Shown piece after piece: positions 6,687-11,433 of a stretch of 11,433 bases of DNA. Below the pieces are notes generated by a model. It saw nothing but the letters and a program-made list of their open reading frames with translations. It was not told the origin of the DNA and did no database searches. The position numbers and the translations under genes are program-made. The stretch spans positions 1 through 11,433 of the forward strand of contig JAKSVZ010000021.1 in the NCBI GenBank assembly GCA_024407725.1. The letters run 5' to 3'. Each line of letters starts with the position of its first letter. The first letter of the stretch is position 1. The stretch comes from Opitutales bacterium. Its GTDB lineage: Bacteria > Verrucomicrobiota > Verrucomicrobiia > Opitutales > UBA9783.

Positions 6687-7763
6687 ATGGCTCACATCGA
6701 TTACAACAACTTTCAGCTCAACAATGCATTTAATGTTAACGACATTAATGGGGTCAACGACCAGAATCAGCAGCTTCAACCCCTCGAAGAAACCTATCAG
6801 GAATTAAAAAACCTATGGGATAATTTGCCTCAAGGGGATAAGGCTGTGTTAAACAACAACGTTCAGGAACGGTTTGATGGCGTCTTACGGAATTTGAGGA
6901 ATGCAATTGATACCCTTCAAAGGGCTATCCAAGACGGTCAACCGCAAGCAATTATTGATCAGAAACAACGAGAAGCAGAGGCTGCGAAGCAAGCTGCTAT
7001 AACTGTGTTTAATGGAAACGCTCAAACGATTGGGTTAAACAAGTGCATTGAGGTGGGACATTTCTTGGCTGAAGTACCCTATGATGAGTTAAAAGACCTA
7101 TGGGATCATGCCCCTCAGGACGTTAAAGATGCGTTAGGAGGCAAGTTCCAGGAGTTCGTAAATGAAAAGTTGAACGACCTAAAGGACGCAATGCAAAGGT
7201 TGGAAGCGGCTCTAGAAAGAGGAGCGTCTCCAGATGAAATAGCCATATTGCAGGGAGAAATTGAAAACCTACAGAAACAATTAGAAGGGGCTTTAATCGA
7301 GGGCGACCATTCGATCGATTTAATTGCGCGATACCAATTACTGGAAGAGATTATCAATAATCCCGGTGATTATGAGGTAGAAGATTACAATTCCCTGATC
7401 AATCAGTTGAAAGACCCAAATAATACAGCAAATATAGTCACGTGGGAACAAAGAATAGAGGATGCAAAAAATAGGCATTCAGCTGTTGTACATCAAAACG
7501 TTGAGAAAGCTCTGAATGAAAACCTGAAACAAGCGCAACACAGTGTTATCATCAACAAAAACAGTAAGAATGCTAAGAAGATTAGAGATTTAATGGCGAA
7601 TGCGTCGGATGCCTTGCTTAAGGCAGAAATGGAAAAGGATAAATATCAAGAGGAGCTATCTAAACTTAACGATACTGTGAAAAAAGTATATGAAGAAGGC
7701 TCTTGGCGCCCCAAAACAGCACAAGAGATGGCAGAAGCAGAGGCAAAGAAAAGATTGTTGTAA
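6687..7763 (+). CDS. Acidic coiled-coil protein with an internal duplication, a candidate type III secretion substrate
   Basis: The 358-aa ORF has no signal peptide or TM segment. Its N-terminus is polar and N/Q-rich (MAHIDYNNFQLNNAFNVNDINGVNDQNQQ). The body is heptad-like and rich in E/K/Q/L. It ends 13 nt before a T3S class I chaperone gene. I recognise no family. Confidence 0.6.
   Translation: MAHIDYNNFQLNNAFNVNDINGVNDQNQQLQPLEETYQELKNLWDNLPQGDKAVLNNNVQERFDGVLRNLRNAIDTLQRAIQDGQPQAIIDQKQREAEAAKQAAITVFNGNAQTIGLNKCIEVGHFLAEVPYDELKDLWDHAPQDVKDALGGKFQEFVNEKLNDLKDAMQRLEAALERGASPDEIAILQGEIENLQKQLEGALIEGDHSIDLIARYQLLEEIINNPGDYEVEDYNSLINQLKDPNNTANIVTWEQRIEDAKNRHSAVVHQNVEKALNENLKQAQHSVIINKNSKNAKKIRDLMANASDALLKAEMEKDKYQEELSKLNDTVKKVYEEGSWRPKTAQEMAEAEAKKRLL
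6795..6947 (+). repeat. Internal protein repeat unit 1 (aa 37-87) of the 358-aa protein
   Basis: YQELKNLWDNLPQGDKAVLNNNVQERFDGVLRNLRNAIDTLQRAIQDGQPQ aligns without gaps to aa 132-182. By hand, 19 of 51 positions are identical. Confidence 0.7.
7080..7232 (+). repeat. Internal protein repeat unit 2 (aa 132-182) of the 358-aa protein
   Basis: YDELKDLWDHAPQDVKDALGGKFQEFVNEKLNDLKDAMQRLEAALERGASP. The shared core is Y-x-ELK-x-LWD-x-x-PQ-x-x-K-x-x-L...QE.....L..L..A...L..A...G. Confidence 0.7.
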
Positions 7764-7776
7764 AAAGTAGAAAACT

Positions 7777-8238
7777 ATGGCTGATTTTGCATCTTATATT
7801 ACCCAGTATGGCAAAAGTGTTGGGTTGCCCGAACTAAAGTTCAATGAAGCGGGCATGTGCTCCCTAACGTTTGATGGTAAAATTGCAGTTGATATTGTCT
7901 ACCATAAGGATGTGGATCAGTGCGCGTTTGTATCGGTTGTAGGAACCCTGCCCAGCGAAAACCAAGAGGAATGCTTTAAACAACTGTTGATTTCCAATGC
8001 CTACGGGACGGAAAACAAGGGGGCAAGCATCGGTATTGAAGAATCCGAAAATCGGATTATTTTAAGTTACGTTTTTATCCCCAGCATTGTTTCGTTTGAC
8101 CTATTTAAAACCCTATTGGGCAATTTTGTTACGTTAACCGAAAAATGGCAGGGTCAGTATGAAAGCCTTTTAGGCTCCTTGGGTTCCTCTGAATCAACGG
8201 AAAGTGTCCCGAATCCGTTTGAATTTACACGCATTTAG
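7777..8238 (+). CDS. Type III secretion class I chaperone (CesT/SycE/Slc1-like)
   Basis: The protein is 153 aa and acidic. It follows the canonical pattern: N-terminal 'LPELKFNEAGMCSLTFDGKIAVDIVY', then 'CAFVSVVGTLP', 'LLISNAYG...GASIGIEESENRIILSY', then 'FDLFKTLLGNFVTLTEKW'. Overall it resembles my recollection of chlamydial Slc1 (CT043), including a flexible S/G-rich tail. Confidence 0.72.
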   Translation: MADFASYITQYGKSVGLPELKFNEAGMCSLTFDGKIAVDIVYHKDVDQCAFVSVVGTLPSENQEECFKQLLISNAYGTENKGASIGIEESENRIILSYVFIPSIVSFDLFKTLLGNFVTLTEKWQGQYESLLGSLGSSESTESVPNPFEFTRI

Positions 8239-8324
8239 GGGCAAAACCGAGCGTAATTGACGTCCATAGGCGCTTGCACGTTTTACGCTTGAAATTCCTT
8301 TAAAAAATCCTGTACTGTAAGGTG

Positions 8325-9437
8325 ATGTGTGCCTATACAGTAATCGCGCGCCGCTGGCGTCCCAAACGGTTTAGCGACCTAGTTGGGCAAAGTACCATTG
8401 TCAAATCCCTTTCTAATGCGATTGAAACCAAACGCATTGCGCATGCCTATCTGTTTGTTGGCCCACGAGGAACTGGGAAAACCAGTATGGCTCGCCTATT
8501 CGCAATGGCTCTCAATTGCGAAAATGGCCCGCGGATAGATTTCGACCCTGACAGCGAACGGTGCCAAGCGATTTTCCAAGGACGTTCTTTGGATGTCATT
8601 GAAATCGATGGAGCTTCCAACAATTCGGTAGAACAAATCCGTACGCTGCGCGAAGAATGCCAGTATGCTCCTGCAGAGGGTCAATACAAGGTGTACATTT
8701 TGGATGAAGTGCACATGCTAACGACGGCAGCCTTTAATGCACTCCTAAAAACGCTGGAAGAACCGCCAGCACACGTTAAGTTTATCTTTGCAACCACCGA
8801 AGTTCATAAGGTACCCACAACCATTGTTTCGCGTTGCCAGCATTTTGAATTTTTCCCCTTGGACCCTGAGCTCATTGAGCAACGGTTACAGTTGATTGTA
8901 GAAACAGAAAAGCTGCAGGCAGAACCGCAAGCGCTTCACATGATTGCGTTGTTGTCGGATGGGGGGATGCGCGACGCCCAATCCATGTTGGATCAACTGC
9001 TAACCTTTTCAGAAGGTAAGTTAACGGCACAGGCGGTTCAAAGTATGTATGGGTTGCTTCCTCAAGAAGCCTTAACCGCCTTAGGTCAATCCATCGAGCA
9101 AGGCGATTATACCCATGTGCTACAGATAGCAGAACAAATTGCGCAAAAAGGGTGCGATGTGTACCGTGCGTTGGTCGATTTGGAACGTTACTTCCATGAG
9201 CAATTCCTGAAGGCCATTAAAGACCCTCAAACAACCCCCTATGTGCCCTTTGTTTATGCAAAGATTTTAGAAATTCTAAAGTCGGGAGAAACGCAAGTAC
9301 AACAAGGCTTGTCCGTCCGTAGCAATTTAGAAGCAATCTTATTTCGAGCAATCGAATGTACTAAAATGGCGGCCTTAGAAACTTTATTAAAAGCCTTTAA
9401 TGCTGCTCCGGCAGATGTAAAAAAAAACGATTGTTAG
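8325..9437 (+). CDS. dnaX: DNA polymerase III subunit gamma/tau, zero-frame product. It ends 3 codons after an A9 run.
   Basis: RRWRPKRFSDLVGQ, the Walker A motif GPRGTGKTS, ILDEVHML and TRILPTI-like VPTTIVSRCQ blocks are present. I prefer ATG 8325 over the track GTG 8322. The zero frame reads ...ADVKKNDC* with its stop at 9435..9437. Confidence 0.93.
   Translation: MCAYTVIARRWRPKRFSDLVGQSTIVKSLSNAIETKRIAHAYLFVGPRGTGKTSMARLFAMALNCENGPRIDFDPDSERCQAIFQGRSLDVIEIDGASNNSVEQIRTLREECQYAPAEGQYKVYILDEVHMLTTAAFNALLKTLEEPPAHVKFIFATTEVHKVPTTIVSRCQHFEFFPLDPELIEQRLQLIVETEKLQAEPQALHMIALLSDGGMRDAQSMLDQLLTFSEGKLTAQAVQSMYGLLPQEALTALGQSIEQGDYTHVLQIAEQIAQKGCDVYRALVDLERYFHEQFLKAIKDPQTTPYVPFVYAKILEILKSGETQVQQGLSVRSNLEAILFRAIECTKMAALETLLKAFNAAPADVKKNDC
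9419..9427 (+). other. A9 homopolymer (A AAA AAA AAc) at the dnaX frame junction. It is a candidate slippery site or a homopolymer indel.
   Basis: Nine consecutive A residues were counted directly at 9419..9427. The zero frame reads gtA AAA AAA AAc. The -1 frame is open from 9401 and continues to 9754. Confidence 0.8.
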
Positions 9438-9754
9438 CGCTCATCCAGCAGGTTCAGGAATTGATTAACGAGCACTCCGTTCGCAAAACCTTAATACCTT
9501 CGATCCCTGTACCCGTTGTTGAAACGCCCACGCAACCGATGAACGATCAATCAACAGAATCGCTTGAACCTATGCCGACGGTTTCGCCTATGAGCACAAT
9601 ACCCTCGAGTACCGAAACGATAACTCAGTCAACGGTTCCGGACTTCCAAGGTTCGGTTGCAGCTATTCCTAATAGCGTTAAAGAGGCGTTTAAAACCCTA
9701 CTTCGGGGCGAAATCAATGGGATTTGGCCGATTAACCCTAAAGGCTTACGTTAA
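9425..9754 (+). CDS. dnaX: -1-frame continuation of dnaX (tau-like C-terminal extension)
   Basis: The track ORF 9431..9754 starts at a TTG with no plausible independent start context. After a -1 shift in the A9 run it would read ...VKKKRLLALIQQVQELINEH... It then has a P/S/T-rich linker (IPSIPVPVVETPTQP...TVSPMSTIPSSTETITQSTVP) and a short tail (VKEAFKTLLRGEINGI). That tail resembles the conserved DnaX C-terminal tail as I recall it. The fused product would be 476 aa from ATG 8325. Confidence 0.7.
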   Translation, partial: KRLLALIQQVQELINEHSVRKTLIPSIPVPVVETPTQPMNDQSTESLEPMPTVSPMSTIPSSTETITQSTVPDFQGSVAAIPNSVKEAFKTLLRGEINGIWPINPKGLR

Positions 9755-9812
9755 CTCGATCCGTTAAAAAAACTTTACAAGCCCCTGCGCTTGATGTTCT
9801 ATAAAATTTAAT

Positions 9813-10064
9813 ATGGAAAATATTGAGCAAAGAGTAAAACGTGTTGTTTGCGATAAGCTTCGTGTAAATATGGAGCAAGTTACCTATGAGGCTTCTTTTA
9901 AAGATGACCTAGGAGCTGACTCACTGGATCAAGTAGAACTTGTAATGGGTTTGGAAGACGAATTCAAGGACGAGCTTAAAGGCGATATCGCGGCTGAAGA
10001 TGCTGAAAAAATCGATACAGTCGGTAAGGCAATCGAATATATTTCCAGCAAGGCTGGCAAATAA
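9813..10064 (+). CDS. acpP: Acyl carrier protein
   Basis: The protein is 83 aa and acidic. It has the phosphopantetheine attachment motif [19 protein letters not shown] (Ser codon 9921..9923). It lies directly upstream of fabF. Confidence 0.95.
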   Translation: MENIEQRVKRVVCDKLRVNMEQVTYEASFKDDLGADSLDQVELVMGLEDEFKDELKGDIAAEDAEKIDTVGKAIEYISSKAGK

Positions 10065-10088
10065 GCCTTCATTATCATTGTTTCGGCA

Positions 10089-11345
10089 ATGAAACCCAAC
10101 CAAGAGGTGCGAGTCGTTGTCACGGGATTAGGAACCATTAATCCATTGGGGCATACGATCAACGATTTTTGGAACGCGTTACTCACAGGACGTTCCGGAA
10201 TTCGCAAGGTGTCGCACTTCGACGTATCTGAATTACCTACTCAAATTGCAGGAGAGGTTGTTGGCTTTGATGCGTCTCGTTATATGGACGCTAAAGAAGT
10301 AGGACATACGGATCCCTGCACTCAATTTGCTTTGGCAGCATCGCAATTAGCTTTCGAAGATGCTCAATTGCACATTTCAGATGCTGAATCCGATCGCTGC
10401 GGCGTCATCATCGGCACGGGCATCGGCGGAATGCGAAGCATCCAAGAGCATTCCTTTACCTTATTTTCTAAAGGTGGCAAGCGCCTATCCCCTTTTACTA
10501 TTCCTTCGGTTATCTGCAATATTGCTTCTGGAAAGGTAGCTATTGCCTTAAATTTACGCGGTCCCAATTTCGGTGCCGTTAGCGCCTGTGCTTCCGGAAC
10601 CCATGCTATTGGTGAAGCATTTCATTGGTTAAAAACCGGAGCAGTCGATGTTATGTTGGCGGGAGGCAGCGAAGCCCCCATTGAACCGTTAGGATTTTGC
10701 GGCTTTTGCTCCATGAAAGCCATGAGTACCCATTTTAACGATTGCCCAGAAAAGGCCAGTCGTCCCTTCGATGCCAAACGCGACGGCTTTGTTATGGGGG
10801 AAGGAGCCGGCGTTCTGGTTTTAGAAACCTTAGAACATGCCCAAAAACGAGGCGCTAAAATTTATGGTGAACTTTGCGCCTATTCAGCTTCTTGTGACGC
10901 ATTCCACATTACCCGCCCAGAACCTTCAGGACGAGCTCTGATCCACTGCTTCCGTTCGGTATTAGATACTTCGAATACACAGCCAGAAGCGGTAGATTAC
11001 ATCAACACGCATGGTACCTCTACCTATTACAACGATTTGCTAGAAACAACCGCCATTAAAGCTGTTTTTGGAACCCACGCTCAAAAGCTCAATATCAGTT
11101 CGACCAAATCCATGACCGGTCACTTATTGGGAGCAGCAGGCGGTGTAGAAGCGATTGTTACCGTAAAAACGATTGAAACCGGTATTATTCCTCCAACCAT
11201 TAACTACGAAAACGCCGATCCACAGTGCGACTTGAATTATACTCCTAACAAAGCTGTTAAACGCCCTGTTCAAGTGGCTATATCGGATAATTTAGGCTTT
11301 GGCGGACAAAATGGTGCGTTGCTGTTTAAAGCTTTTTCAGACTAA
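10089..11345 (+). CDS. fabF: 3-oxoacyl-ACP synthase II (KAS II)
   Basis: The protein is 418 aa. It has VVVTGLGTINPLG, the active-site Cys in AVSACASGTHAIGEA, and the His residues in INTHGTST and TGHLLGAAG. The C-terminus is GFGGQNGALLF. Confidence 0.95.
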   Translation: MKPNQEVRVVVTGLGTINPLGHTINDFWNALLTGRSGIRKVSHFDVSELPTQIAGEVVGFDASRYMDAKEVGHTDPCTQFALAASQLAFEDAQLHISDAESDRCGVIIGTGIGGMRSIQEHSFTLFSKGGKRLSPFTIPSVICNIASGKVAIALNLRGPNFGAVSACASGTHAIGEAFHWLKTGAVDVMLAGGSEAPIEPLGFCGFCSMKAMSTHFNDCPEKASRPFDAKRDGFVMGEGAGVLVLETLEHAQKRGAKIYGELCAYSASCDAFHITRPEPSGRALIHCFRSVLDTSNTQPEAVDYINTHGTSTYYNDLLETTAIKAVFGTHAQKLNISSTKSMTGHLLGAAGGVEAIVTVKTIETGIIPPTINYENADPQCDLNYTPNKAVKRPVQVAISDNLGFGGQNGALLFKAFSD

Positions 11346-11365
11346 TACCTTGTGGGGATTGGCTT

Positions 11366-11433
11366 ATGAACACTTCCCTGTTCTCTCGCCGCAACATCCT
11401 GTATTTTCTTCTTTGTACGTTTTTGTTTTGGAT
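11366..11433 (+). CDS. 5' end (22 codons, partial) of a second DltD-like paralog
   Basis: The ATG at 11366 lies 20 nt after the fabF stop. It reads MNTSLFSRRNILYFLLCTFLFW. Sixteen residues (SRRNILYFLLCTFLFW) are identical to residues 3-18 of the 179..1120 product counted from its ATG. Confidence 0.65.
   Translation, partial: MNTSLFSRRNILYFLLCTFLFW
11387..11418. repeat. Right arm of the 32-nt perfect inverted match, within the coding N-terminus of the paralog
   Basis: cgccgcaacatcctgtattttcttctttgtac (11387..11418). Beyond it the two copies still encode the same residues with different codons (aca ttc cta ttt tgg versus acg ttt ttg ttt tgg). Confidence 0.9.

Noticed and set aside
8250-8289. 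Imperfect hairpin after the chaperone gene: agcgtaa...ttacgct, 7 bp plus an inner acgt/acgt, with a loop of about 14 nt. It was considered as a possible intrinsic terminator.
   Set aside because: The stem is interrupted and GC-poor, and no U-tract follows it (the next bases are tgaaattcc). That is not enough to call a rho-independent terminator.
8289-8318. TTGAAA (8289..8294) and TACTGT (8313..8318), separated by an 18-nt spacer, upstream of dnaX. It was considered as a promoter.
   Set aside because: The -10 matches only 4 of 6 positions. It would also put the transcription start essentially on the ATG, making the transcript leaderless. This is too speculative without data.
9428-9500. Search for a frameshift-stimulating stem-loop downstream of the dnaX A9 run (gcgctc...gagcac) or an SD-like element upstream of it.
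   Set aside because: Only a 5/6 pairing with a loop of about 29 nt was found, and there is no upstream AGGAGG-like element. I therefore do not claim an E. coli-style programmed frameshift cassette.
1193-10567. Fourteen short track ORFs (60-135 aa) lying antisense or out of frame inside well-supported genes: 1193..1435+, 2038..2262+, 3565..3753-, 3573..3815+, 3758..3946+, 4177..4422+, 4655..5062+, 5245..5478-, 5253..5465+, 7115..7357-, 8496..8714-, 9921..10103-, 9929..10207-, 10364..10567-.
   Set aside because: Each is fully or largely embedded in a gene with strong family motifs. Their translations are low-complexity or unrecognisable, and none has its own plausible start context. They are treated as shadow ORFs.
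1080-11418. The 32-nt inverted repeat considered as the terminal inverted repeats of a composite transposon carrying the 10-kb segment.
   Set aside because: Both arms lie inside coding N-termini of paralogous genes. Similarity continues at the protein level with synonymous changes. There is no transposase, and the cargo is housekeeping genes (dnaX, acpP, fabF, folKP).

Overview
The window reads as ordinary chromosomal DNA from a Chlamydiae-type bacterium, probably an environmental chlamydia. This is inferred from gene content only, with no search run. GC looks like roughly 40-45% by eye.

Minus-strand gene string (6577 down to 1):
- An acetyl-CoA hydrolase/transferase-family CoA-transferase (ScpC/YgfH-like).
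- A bifunctional FolKP (HPPK-DHPS).
- A CofE-family protein, the chlamydial 'FolC2' type.
- Three tandem microprotein genes of 43/47/47 aa that fall below the ORF-track cutoff.
- An AlgI/DltB-like MBOAT O-acyltransferase.
- A membrane-anchored DltD-like protein. Its frame breaks at a 6-nt homopolymer and continues off the window start.

Plus strand:
- A 358-aa acidic coiled-coil protein with an internal duplication.
- A class I type III secretion chaperone, which makes the preceding protein an effector candidate.
- dnaX, interrupted at an A9 run, with the C-terminal 107 codons in the -1 frame.
- acpP and fabF.
- The first 22 codons of a second, inverted paralog of the DltD-like gene.

No tRNA, rRNA, CRISPR array or mobile element was seen.

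The most interesting signal is the microprotein + MBOAT + DltD-like module. It looks like a Dlt-style envelope-acylation system with no adjacent ligase or dedicated carrier. The dnaX A9 frame break comes second.
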